From contig JAGOVG010000003.1 in assembly GCA_018060845.1 (NCBI GenBank), positions 21,759 to 85,758 on the forward strand: a stretch of 64,000 nt of DNA, written 5' to 3'. The position numbers and the translations under genes are program-made. The notes beneath the pieces are model-generated. The model saw only the letters and a list, made by a program, of their open reading frames with translations, searched no databases and was not told the DNA's origin. The DNA comes from Candidatus Woesebacteria bacterium. GTDB lineage: Bacteria > Patescibacteriota > Microgenomatia > UBA1400 > UBA12108. Of the stretch, positions 18,964-31,200 are shown piece after piece. Numbering within the stretch: position 1 is the stretch's first letter; each line of letters starts with the position of its first letter.

Positions 18964-19614
18964 TTGACAAGGATAGTCACCCTCTGTCATATTAGAGATA
19001 TGCCAAGTATTCTACTCAAACGCGACTACCTAGCCGGGTCTTACTACCACATCAAGCATCAGGCCAAAAAAGATACACTATTGTTTCAGACTGAGGCCGA
19101 CTACAAAACTTTTATCCTGCTCCTCTCTTACTACCTCCGCTTCCCCGATGCGACCCCTCTCTCTTGGGTCAAAAGACTCAACCCCAAGACAGTTGTCGAC
19201 AAACGAAACAAGAGCGAGCTGGGGGCTAGCCCTGTCACCCTCCACTCTTTTCTCCTCCTCCCCGACCACTTCCACCTGGTTCTCAAAGAAAACCAAGGGG
19301 GCAAAAAACCCGGGATCAGCAACCTCATGCGCAGGCTCTCAGTTGGCTACGCCATGTACTACAACAAAACTTACGGAGTAAAAGGCACCATCTATCAAGG
19401 CAAGTACAAAAATATTCAGATCAACCAGGACGACCTATCTCCACTCGTGCAGTCGCTCCACGCTCACGACAACGTCAACTCGACATATATGAATAGCCCG
19501 CTGCACAGTAGCGCTAGCGACTATGGTAGTAGCGCCCGACCATGGATCACACCACTACCTCTAGGTATGGAAGATAATGCCAAACTAAATCCTCGCTTAC
19601 TGCTAGACAAATAA
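18964..19614 (+). CDS. IS200/IS605-family Y1 (HuH) transposase-like protein, REP-associated tyrosine transposase-like
   Basis: YYHIKHQAKKDTLLF resembles the N-terminal YHxxxxxKxR motif. PDHFHLVL is an HuH motif. YQGKY provides the Tyr motif. There is no tnpB partner. The start is possibly the Met at 19000. Confidence 0.5.
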   Translation: MTRIVTLCHIRDMPSILLKRDYLAGSYYHIKHQAKKDTLLFQTEADYKTFILLLSYYLRFPDATPLSWVKRLNPKTVVDKRNKSELGASPVTLHSFLLLPDHFHLVLKENQGGKKPGISNLMRRLSVGYAMYYNKTYGVKGTIYQGKYKNIQINQDDLSPLVQSLHAHDNVNSTYMNSPLHSSASDYGSSARPWITPLPLGMEDNAKLNPRLLLDK

Positions 19615-19633
19615 TCCTTGCTATACTAGGTTC

Positions 19634-20362
19634 ATGCCCAAGTTATACGCAGTGTTTCTGCTTTCAACTTTCTACTTGCTACTTTCTACTCCACTCGCCT
19701 CTCGCGCACTCGCTGAGACCATGAATAGCAACAACTACACAATCCGGACCGGCAACTTTAATATTACTAGTGGTCTCAAGAGTAGTGGTAGCTATAGTTT
19801 GACCGACACCGTTGGTCAAACAGTCGCCAACTATTTTTCTGGCACTGGCTACCACGTCAAAGCAGGTTTTCAATACCTCTACACTCTCTACAACTTTAGC
19901 TTTAGCATCTCTGATCTCGCAGTTAATCTAACTCTCACCCCCAACTTCTTTAGTACCGATACTCATAACTTGGTAGTGACCGCACCAGGTCAGGGCTATA
20001 GCGTAAGCGTTTACGAGACCGAAAAACTAACCCTGAGTGGTGGTCTAGATACCATCCCAGATACTACCTGCGACTCTGGCTCCTGCACAGAGACTAGTGC
20101 CGAGCCCTGGACTAACGCCAACAATAATGGTTTTGGCTACAACTTAACAGGCAACGACATAAGTTCCGACTTTATAAACAGTTCATACTTTCGCCCCTTC
20201 CCCGATTTTTCCCTAGGCGAAAATCCCGCAACCATCATGTCTACAGTCGAAGCCGGGAAAAACAGAACAGCTACCGTCACCTACCAGCTCAGTCCTAGTG
20301 GCTCTCAAGCCTCAGGCACTTACTTCACCAACATTATTTATATAGCCACTCCAACCTACTAA
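19634..20362 (+). CDS. Secreted Thr/Ser-rich surface protein (cassette C, gene 1)
   Basis: Signal peptide MPKLYAVFLLSTFYLLLSTPLASRALA. Contains TCDSGSCTETSAEPWTNANNNGFGY. Ends YIATPTY. Confidence 0.55.
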   Translation: MPKLYAVFLLSTFYLLLSTPLASRALAETMNSNNYTIRTGNFNITSGLKSSGSYSLTDTVGQTVANYFSGTGYHVKAGFQYLYTLYNFSFSISDLAVNLTLTPNFFSTDTHNLVVTAPGQGYSVSVYETEKLTLSGGLDTIPDTTCDSGSCTETSAEPWTNANNNGFGYNLTGNDISSDFINSSYFRPFPDFSLGENPATIMSTVEAGKNRTATVTYQLSPSGSQASGTYFTNIIYIATPTY

Positions 20363-20364
20363 CT

Positions 20365-21279
20365 ATGAAAAACATATTCATCTTCCTTTTACCTTTGACC
20401 TTTCTCCTTTTACCTCCACAAGCTAGTGCCGCCGCTGGCATGAGTGTAACTCCACCAGTCACCGAAATTCTAATATCGCCTAATAAGTCAGTTAGTACCA
20501 CCATTCAACTAACCAACGACGGTGAGGACACTAGTATCATCCTCTCGCTTCATCGCCTCATCCCCCAGGGAGACCAGGGACACTCCACCATCGACCCTAA
20601 ACCCCTCGACCCGACTTCTATCCCCGTAGTAATAAAGTTAGTAGGCAAGGAATTGGGTATTCCATTCAAATTATCTGCGGGTCAAACCCAGGCTATCACC
20701 ATCGAGCTCGAAGCGGCCAATCTAGATGAGCCGACAGATGTTTATTTTGCGATTCTCGCCCGCGGCGTAAATGAGGGGGCTAGCCCCACAGAGAGCCAGG
20801 CCACGCCCGGCATCACTGCGCTCTTCATGGCCACCATCACTCCCTCTGCATCCCTGCCCACAAACATTGCCTTAACCCCGCCTGAGTTACCGATTATTCA
20901 AGATACGAGCATACCTCTGTCATTTGATGTCAAAGCCGAAAACAAGACTGGCATAATGTTGCAGGTCCAAGGCAAGATCAAATTACTGTCACCCAATAAG
21001 GCATTAATTTCCGAATCAAGTATTGATCCCAAACTAATCCTAGGCAATACCTCACGCCTACTTTCTGATTTCGAATTTCTACCTTCTAATTTCGCTTTTG
21101 GTCCTCACACACTGACGATCGAGCTCTCAACAGTTGGCGGCCGCACCTTAACCGAGCACTCGTATGTGATCTGGATGCTCCCTCTTAGGTACCTACTGGT
21201 TGCTACTGTAGCCCTAGTCATTATTTCTATCCCATTACTCCGCAAGTTTCACTTGACAAGGGTATCCATAAGAGCCTAA
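20365..21279 (+). CDS. Secreted surface protein with C-terminal TM anchor (cassette C, gene 2)
   Basis: Starts 3 nt after the upstream stop. Signal peptide. C-terminal TM LLVATVALVIISIPLL followed by RKFHLTR. Confidence 0.5.
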   Translation: MKNIFIFLLPLTFLLLPPQASAAAGMSVTPPVTEILISPNKSVSTTIQLTNDGEDTSIILSLHRLIPQGDQGHSTIDPKPLDPTSIPVVIKLVGKELGIPFKLSAGQTQAITIELEAANLDEPTDVYFAILARGVNEGASPTESQATPGITALFMATITPSASLPTNIALTPPELPIIQDTSIPLSFDVKAENKTGIMLQVQGKIKLLSPNKALISESSIDPKLILGNTSRLLSDFEFLPSNFAFGPHTLTIELSTVGGRTLTEHSYVIWMLPLRYLLVATVALVIISIPLLRKFHLTRVSIRA

Positions 21280-21293
21280 AGTGATACATATAT

Positions 21294-22711
21294 ATGTCCA
21301 AATTGCTTGTAGGCTATTCTGCCCTTGTCCTCACTACTCTGGTAACACTTATTAACCCGAGCTCGCTCAATAGCGCCAACCTAACGACCGTCAGAGATAC
21401 TCTCCAGACATCAAGACTCTCAGTTAATGCGCGGGTGGACGCTACAGGTACAACTGTTGGCAGTAGTAACGTCAAACTCAAAACTGTCGCTAGTGCCCCA
21501 GCCAACACCATTAGTACCGGCAACCTGAGAGCCCAAGATAGCTTGGTAATAGGGACTGGAACCTACACCGTAGTCGATATCGTTGACGCAGACGAATTTA
21601 CCGTCACCCCAGTCCTGGCTAGCGGCGATGCCGACGACAACGATCCTATTTATTTAAAAATACGTCCTCGCCACGCCATCCAGTTTACGACAGCTAGCGC
21701 TGTCGCTAATGGCTATTTCCAGGTCCTTCTCCCTGCCGATCCAACTACCCCAAACGACGGCAACCCAGATGACCAGGGTTATGACTTTAATACTACTGTC
21801 AATGTGACAGCTCCCGCAGACGTCGGCTCTACTTTTGATTTTGTAACAGGTGTCGCAACGGCAGCTGGTGCCACAGGTTGTACTAGCCCAGCCAACTATC
21901 ACTGTTTTGAGTTTCACTACAGTGGCGCTGGCGGAGTCGGCCAAGCTTTTACCCTTTATATCGGTAACACCAATGGTAGTAACACTCCAATAGCCCCTGC
22001 GACCGGCACTGCGCACACCGAAGGTACCGCCGACACCTACCCTGTCTTGGTTCGCCAATTTGCCGCAGATACCAACCCCAATTCAGCCACACCAATCGAT
22101 GCAACAAGCGCTCGGGTCGCCCACATCGAAGCAGTACGAGTAACAGCCACAGTCGAACCAACTATCAGTTTTAGTATCGCAGGCATCGCATCAGGCGCTA
22201 CCCGCTGCGGTATTAGTACTGATGTTACAACCACAGCCACCAGCGTCCCCTTTGGCAGCATGACTCTAAACAGTTTCAAAACACTAGCCCAAGATTTGAC
22301 TGTTAGCACTAACGCTAGCGGAGGCTATGTCGTAACTAGCAGTGAAAACGACCAACTAGGTCTCGGTGGTGGCACCACTCCCTTTATCCCAGATACCACT
22401 TGTGATGGCGGCACATGTAGTGAGAGTACGGCAGTAGAGTGGGCAACAGCCACCAATAATGGTTTTGGTTATAGCCTGGAGAATGTAGATGCAGTAACCA
22501 TCGCGTTTGAGTACGACACTAGTGGCGACACATTCCGTAGCAAGCAGTTTGCCGATATTACAGGCAGCGAAACACCTCAGACTATCTTTAGTAGTAGTAC
22601 AGTCGCCAACGCCGAGAATGCTTATGTCTGTTACCGCTTAAGTGTAGGTGCTACTCAAGCAGCCGGCGACTACGAGAACCAGATTACTTACACTGCCACC
22701 GGAACCTTCTA

Positions 22712-22712
<1 letters not shown>
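21294..22712 (+). CDS. Secreted Thr/Ser-rich surface protein (cassette D, gene 1)
   Basis: Contains TCDGGTCSESTAVEWATATNNGFGY, a paralog of the 19634 protein. Ends YTATGTF. Confidence 0.55.
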
Positions 22713-23677
<965 letters not shown>

Positions 23678-23695
23678 CTGAGATATACTGGTTTC

Positions 23696-24955
23696 ATGCC
23701 CAAGTTTTTTATTGTTCTAATTCTTACTACTTTCAACTTTCTAATCTCTACTATTTCAGTCCACGCTGCAACAGATCCTATATCGGCCACAGTTAGTGCA
23801 ACCGCCAGGATCCCTAGCGCTAGTCCAACTACAGACGATACCGCAGCTCCCCCTGCCGTTATTTTGATTTCCCCTCACGATGGCGCGACCACCAACCAGT
23901 CACGCCCCGAACTAGTATGGAAGACGACCTTTGATAGTAATAGTAACAACGTAAGTTATATCGTCTACCTCAATGGTGTAGCTACCTATCTAGGTGTTAG
24001 TAATACCGGCAACTCACAGCAAAATAACTACATCTCCCATATCGGAGATGGCAACATTTATCTGACACCGACCATTGATCTACCTGCCGGTACCTACGAT
24101 TGGTATGTGAGAGCCATAGATGGCAGCGACAACTCTAGTTTCTCTACCACCTGGCGCTTTACCATTGATCAGACACCGCCGCAACTCACAGTGGTCAATA
24201 TTGATGATGTCTATCTCTCCCCATCCATTACAGAGGGTACTAGCTTTGATTTACCAGGACCACAAGAGGTCAAGATCATCTTTGCGACCGAGAGCTACGC
24301 TACAGTCTCAGTAACCATAACACTCAGTGATGGGACTTTAAGGTCTGTCAGCTTGCCTACCAGTAGTTCTGGTCTCGCCACACTCCTAACCTCGCTCCCG
24401 TTAGGAAGACATGAGATAGTCGCAACTAGTTTTGACTCTGCAGGCCTAACCACTACCCTACCCACCTTCTACCTCAATCTCACTACCACCACCATACCTG
24501 GTATTACAGGGTCGCCCATCCTGCCTATACTCAAAAATATCGTCAATCTACCCGCAAAACTGATAGTATTACCCGCTACCATCTCCCAGATCAAAGATGC
24601 TCAAGTGTTCGCATATGGTTATTCTATATTGCTAGCATTAGCAATAGCCATACTGCTAATCATAATCTGGAGCAGGAGATATAACATCACGATCCTTGAT
24701 ACTTCAACCAACAAGCCCTATCGATCACTTATCGTATACCATAGTAGACCTACTCACTCCGCGAGGCTAGGTGACTTAGCTAGTCGCATCTTTGTAACCT
24801 CTCGCTCACCTATCCTCTACGAGCTAGGGAGCAGTGGCAGGGCCTACATTAGTCATCTGTCGCGCTACAGTAGCTTAACTATCCGCACACCTAGTGGTAC
24901 TACCCACATCCTCTCGATCTCATATAATCTGAACAAGTATGTAATCTGTCTCTAG
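23696..24955 (+). CDS. Secreted Ig/FN3-like surface protein with C-terminal TM anchor
   Basis: Signal peptide MPKFFIVLILTTFNFLISTISVHA, paralogous to the cassette signal peptides. Beta-rich repeats. TM ILLALAIAILLIIIW near the C-terminus. Confidence 0.45.
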   Translation: MPKFFIVLILTTFNFLISTISVHAATDPISATVSATARIPSASPTTDDTAAPPAVILISPHDGATTNQSRPELVWKTTFDSNSNNVSYIVYLNGVATYLGVSNTGNSQQNNYISHIGDGNIYLTPTIDLPAGTYDWYVRAIDGSDNSSFSTTWRFTIDQTPPQLTVVNIDDVYLSPSITEGTSFDLPGPQEVKIIFATESYATVSVTITLSDGTLRSVSLPTSSSGLATLLTSLPLGRHEIVATSFDSAGLTTTLPTFYLNLTTTTIPGITGSPILPILKNIVNLPAKLIVLPATISQIKDAQVFAYGYSILLALAIAILLIIIWSRRYNITILDTSTNKPYRSLIVYHSRPTHSARLGDLASRIFVTSRSPILYELGSSGRAYISHLSRYSSLTIRTPSGTTHILSISYNLNKYVICL

Positions 24956-24960
24956 AGCAT

Positions 24961-25094
24961 AATTGTGTAGTGTTGTGCAGTGTAAGTAGGAGTAATCAAG
25001 TAAATATTGACCAAGCGAGTATGAGCGTAAGCGATGTCTACGAGCGACTCAATGTTTACCTGATATGTCTTTCTCACAAACAACACGCACAATT
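24961..25094 (+). repeat. Copy 1 of a ~130-nt conserved noncoding element (candidate structured RNA)
   Basis: Core TTGTGCAGTGTAAGTAGGAGTAATCAAGTAAATATT...GAGCG..AGCGA..CGAGCGAC..TTTACCTGA. About 75-80% identical to 52060-52160. Closed by imperfect inverted repeat AATTGTGTAGTGTTGTG / CACAAACAACACGCACAATT. Confidence 0.55.
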
Positions 25095-25243
25095 AGGCGA
25101 GATCACTATTTTCACATTACCGTAATCAGTGTAAACATTACCGCAGATACATTGCGGTTAATATACTCCGACTTGAGTATTGACAGCACCCATCATGTAT
25201 TACTATAGTGGGTGTATATCGATATAACTACGTATAACTCCAG

Positions 25244-28200
25244 ATGAAAAACACTGTCCAATTACCCTCTACTCACACAGCTCTCTTAACCGCCTTCAGG
25301 ACCTACTTGGCTAGTCTCGGCTTAAGCAGTATTAGCCGCAAGCTCTACTCTGCAGATATAGCTCGATTACTCGCCTCAAGTCTCTTTAGTGATCTCAATG
25401 TCGCTACCCTGACCAACCCCAAGAACTATGCATCCTACCTCTCCCAGCCCGAGCTAACTAGCTCTAGCACCCTACTCCGCCGCACACTCGCATCACTTCG
25501 CCAATTTGGCACCTTCCTCAATCAGAGTTTTGACCTCCCAAGCCCCATCACCAACCTCTCTCTAGCCTCCAACACCCTCTCAAACACCATTAGCAACAGT
25601 TCGAGCAAGTATATCAAAGCATGCATGGAGTATCTCAAAGACAATCATCTAACAGATTCGAGTATTAGGTCCTATAAATCAGACATCACCCAGTACCTCA
25701 CCTACCTAGAGTCTCACCACCCTAGCACTCAGATAGGGAGTCTGCTAACTGATAAAAATCTACAAAATTACACGGATCTACTCACTCATTTGGATACCCA
25801 ATCCCCTGCTACCATAGAGCGCAAAATCAAAACTATCAGACGATTTTTGAACTGGTACAGCAGTACCAAGTTGCAGGTAGTAGTATCCGATAACACAAAA
25901 ATCCCCGCATCCAGTTCACATATCTCCCCTCTGTCCTCTTCCGTCCAGGTCAATGGTGTTAACTCCGCACAGGCAGAGCTCTACTCAGATCAACCTCAAA
26001 CTCAACTACCAGATCACAAGTACAATAATGTGAAAACTAGCAATTACCGCAAACTACGTCTACCCACTCTAAGAATGATCCTAAGCGGCGTAATCCTCTT
26101 AGTCTTAGTCTCCACACTCTCAATATTCTCTTATCGACAGTTTGGCCGTGACGCTAGTCTAACTGCCGCCTTCCCCTCTACTCCAGTAACCCCCAATAGG
26201 CAGTTGAGTTTTCAGGGTCGCTTAGAGAATGCGAGCGGCACCCCAATCACTGCCGCGACCAACTTTGTCTTTAAGCTCCACGATGCCAGTAGCGGTGGCT
26301 CAGAACTATATAGTAGTGGTACCTGTAGTATCACCCCCGACACCGATGGCGTCTTCTCAACACAAATCGGCGGGACCTGTGGCGCCGGGATCGCGAGCTC
26401 TGTCTTTACCGAGAACGCAGATGTCTGGCTCGAAGTCACAGTCGGTGCCGAGACTCTAACCCCTCGCCAGCAGATTGCAACCGTCGCCTACGCCCTTAAC
26501 TCTGAGACCATCCAGGGCTTCCCGATCAGCGCCACAGTTAGTGCGATCAGAAACACAGTTGTCCCCATGAACCAGTGGGGCGAGATCATCGTTGGTGAAC
26601 AGTCCCCTCGTCTAACCGGAGTCTCAGGTACTTTTCAAATCTCGGCCCCCTCCCTCTCCTTAGTTACTGCAACTGGCACCAACGGCAACATCACATTAGC
26701 CCCCGACGGCACTGGTCAGGTTAATGTCAATGGCAACACCACTACCACCAACTTCTTTAATGTCAGTAACGCTCAGCTTACAACCGGATCCTTGATTACA
26801 GGTACTGCCGCCAACAACAATACAGGGTTCAACTTACTTGATCTATTATCAGGTGCCTCACCTACCAGCAAATTCTCGGTATCTGATTCAGGAGATACCA
26901 CAATTGCAGGCACACTCTCATTACCCAACTCAAATAATATGACTGGTGTCGCCAATGGCGTTCAATTTAATGAGGGTATTTTTGTCGGAGGTGGCACAAC
27001 TTACTATTTTGACGTTGGGGGTGAGCTAAATGCAGCAGGTGGGGCCTTCTCTAATGGCTTAAGCATCATTAACGATTCTGCTCTATCTGCTTTTGGCCAA
27101 GTAAACTTAGGTGATGGAGGTGAGACTATTCATCTAAACGGAACTAGCATTACACTCACTGGCTTTGACTGTACCGGCAACACCAACGGTGGCGCCCTGA
27201 CCACCAATGGTTCTGGGGTTCTACAGTGTAGTGATGACGACGGAGGTGGTGGTGGCAGCGGTGGTCTCTGGCAAGACACTACACTAGGCGCCATCTCCCC
27301 AAACAACTCTACCTGGGACGTCTTGGTAGGTGGCACAGCTACTAGTAGTGCCAAAATCGGTTTGATCAATATAAATAGCGGCACCCCTACCATCAATCTA
27401 GCTAACCAAGCCAGTAATCTAGCAGTAATTGACAATACCAGTAACGCCCTACGTATCCTCGAAGGAGCCAACAACTATCTCGCACTCACCACAACTAACG
27501 CGAGTGAAAACTTGTCATTTGGCAATACAACCACCAATCCTACATTCTCATTCCTAGGCACAGGTCTCACTACTCTTAGTGGTGGATTGACGGTTAACGG
27601 CATTACAACTATCGGCAACAACTCAGCGACTGTCGCTATCAATAGTAGCGACTGGGATATCACGACAGTCGGTAATATGTCTGGAATTGGAACCATTAGT
27701 AGCGATGGTGACTGGACCAACAGTCAGGCAACGCCATCTATATTTTTGACTGATTCTACAGCTAGTTCAGACGACTATAGCGTCAATGTCGACGCTAACG
27801 TATTTAATATAACCAATGCAACAGACTCTAGAATAGAGCTAGATTTCGCAGGTAACGGTAGTATCAACTTTGGCGACAACACTGCCACCAAGACTATCGA
27901 CATCGGTGGTGTCACAAGCTCAGCCATCGACACTATTAATATAGGTACCAACGCAACTGCCGCAGATATTATCTCTATCGGCAACAACCATGCATCAACT
28001 ACTCTTGCTCTCACAGGCGGTACAGCCTGGAGCATCACAACAGCAGGCAATCTAACTACCAACAATACAACAGTTAACGGTAATACAATCCTCGGCAACG
28101 CCATTACCGACACAATCGACTTCCAGGGTCGGGTACTACAAGATGCAGACCTCATCCCTATCACTACTACTGGGACCAATGACTTGGGTAGTTCTGCCCT

Positions 28201-31200
28201 CGCCTGGGACAACCTCTACACTAACGCTGCCTACTTTGCAGGCGGCACCAGCTTCTATGTCGATGCCTCGGGTAACGCTAGATTTAACGATATTATCGCT
28301 GCCGACACCGCTAACCCAGGTATCACCGTCGGCGATGGATCAACTGGCTTCCTCAAAGTTGGGTCACTGACAGTAGGAGACAATAATGCAAGTGTCGTGA
28401 CCTTTGATACTAACAGCGACGCAACTCCCGAATTTCAGCTCTACAACACCGGTTCCGCCACTGCCTCGGGCGACATTACAATGGGGGGACAGTTGCAGGT
28501 CGGTAGATTTGAAAACACTCCAACAGCCATCGGTGCCGGCACCATGATCTTTAATACGACTACCAACAGTTTCCAATGCTACAACGGTACCGCCTGGACT
28601 AGCTGTGGTGGGACGCTCTTTAGTAACTCTAACGCAAGTGTGGCCGATGGCAGCTATATTACAGTCACTCACAACTTGGCCAGTAACGACCTCCTCTCCA
28701 ATGCCTGGATCAACGCACAAGGGGTCTGGAAGAGTCTCGATGCCAGCTATAAACCCGCGATCGCTTGGGAGGGCAAGGATACTCAAAAAGGGATCTATCA
28801 CAACGCTCTAAACAGCTATATCCCCTCCTCAGAGACAGGCACCGGAACCAACACTCTCCATGAGGGGATGATCTTTGACACATTTGAGGACACAACCAAG
28901 ACCGATAGTGCCAACACCACGGTCAGCACCAACCAACAAATAGGCGATGATGGTAGTAGTAACTTTGTCACCCTCGACCAGCGCATCCAAGGCGGGCGGG
29001 TCGGGCTAGTTGGTGGTCAAACTTTGAGTACTGGTGAAACAGACAATGATGGCCAAGCATACTTAGGTAGCAACACAGTTAATGATATGTATTATTACGA
29101 TAGAGCAAAAGATAGCGTACCAGAAGTTTTAGTAGAACTTGGCATTGATCCAAACTGGTATAACGGAGTTACTCTTTCAGTTGCAACAGGTAGTGCAAGT
29201 TATTCTCAATCAGGAACACTTGCAGACAAGAATCCAAACCTAACAACTACATATAACGGTAGTTTAATCAAAGCAACAGGAACTGATTCAACACCGAGAA
29301 CAATCTTTATAACAATCAAATCCCCTACTACATTTGATTGGACAAACTATGAGGGTGACTCTGCAACAGCAGTCACAATTACTCCAGGAACTGCACAGGC
29401 ACTAGGTAGTACAGGCGTATCAGCTACTTTTACAGCTACAAACTACAACGTCGGTGATGTATTTAAAATTGCCTCTTGGTATATAGAAGCAGAATCTGCA
29501 ACAAGAGGAGCAAAACAACAGTTTCCAGAAAGAAGTTATGTTGTAGCTTCAGGTACAGCAGGAGCAGGTTTTATTGATGTGATCGACGCCGACACGCAAA
29601 AATTATGGATTAAGTTCACAGAAGGTACTGGGTACTACCTTCGCTCTACAGCAAATCGCGTCCCCCACACTGTTGACATGCTAAACGGCAAATTATACTT
29701 TGGTCAAAAGGATTCTAACAATGGGATCCTAGAAAGGATCAACTTTGATACAGATTCACTACACTTATGGACCCCGTCTGCTAAATACACCTACGACCAA
29801 GGAATATCACAAAGGAATACAGCCAGTAATATATTAACAATCAACACAACTGAAACAACTGTTGCAAACGACGTCAACGATGTTTCTGCAGCCGTCATCC
29901 CAAATCAACCGTCACAACAGATGACTCTGACAGGCTGGCGAGTTCACCCCGGCAATGGAACTGCAACCCTAACTTCTGGTGTTGACTTCCAGTATCCGTT
30001 TACCGACACACCTCAAATTCAAGTAAGTATTGTTGGTAGAACCACCTCAACTACAACGCCAAAAAGTCTAAAGGACTGTTCGACTAATGTCGATTCTGCA
30101 ACCATCTCAGCATACAACAACAATCCAGCTAACTTTTATGCAAGATTTTCCAACACAACCTTCTCTGCTTCTTACAATTATTGCTTTGTTTGGAGTGCGA
30201 CAGGCACAGTTGCACCAAAACAAATCGTGGCGGTTGCGACAGGCACAACTGGGGCAGATGGAGGAACGACTATTATCAACGAAACTGACGGTAAAAAGGC
30301 CGACATTTTAATTGGCTCACAAAACGCTTCAGTATTATGGCAAAACAAGGTTGCATTGGCTCAAGATGGCACGTTGTATGTCGTATTAAACAACCAATCG
30401 ACAGCAACAACCCTTAATGTCTATGCTGGAGCGTCGGGCATACCTGAAGTAATTTCTCAAGAACCAACCTGGGCAGCTTATCGCAATGGATTCTATTACC
30501 TTGATTTGCAAACACAAGGATGGTCAGCAACTGGTCCGGTCATTAAAGGAGTAGGTACAAACTCAGATGAAGTTAAGTCTCTATCTGTAACTAGTGGAAC
30601 CAGTTCAATATCTCCCGGAGCAAATACTATTTATGTTGGCACCTCTACAGGTGTAACCGTACTTAATGAAGCCAACATAGAGCCAGATTACAATAGTGAC
30701 GAACCAAGCAACGGCTCAGTCAAATACTACACCAAAGACTACGTTTCTGAAGAAATGATTGGCGATGTAAGAGGAATGTGGGGTATGTATGATACTGATA
30801 CAGACATTGACACGGCTGAAACAACAGATGATGTCTCGATTAAAAATCTTAACCTAACAGCTAACAACGCAAACAGTACTGGGTTTACCTCAACCTCAGG
30901 AGTTCGTGGTGAAGGTATAACTTTTGATGGTACCGACGACTACTTTAGTCGCGCAGATGACGCATCACTTAGTTTTTCTAACAACACCATGTCGGCAAGT
31001 TATTGGGTAAAACGTAATGGAAATCCATCTTCTGCTGAATATATCATGCTCAAAGGAATTACCACCTGGGAATATGCTTCTGCTATTACTACTGCAGGTA
31101 AAATTATCAGCTGGTTATTTACTTCAGCTGGAGCTACTGTCGCAACTGTTACTTCTAATTTATCTGTCACTGACAATGAGTGGCATCATGTAGCTATAAC

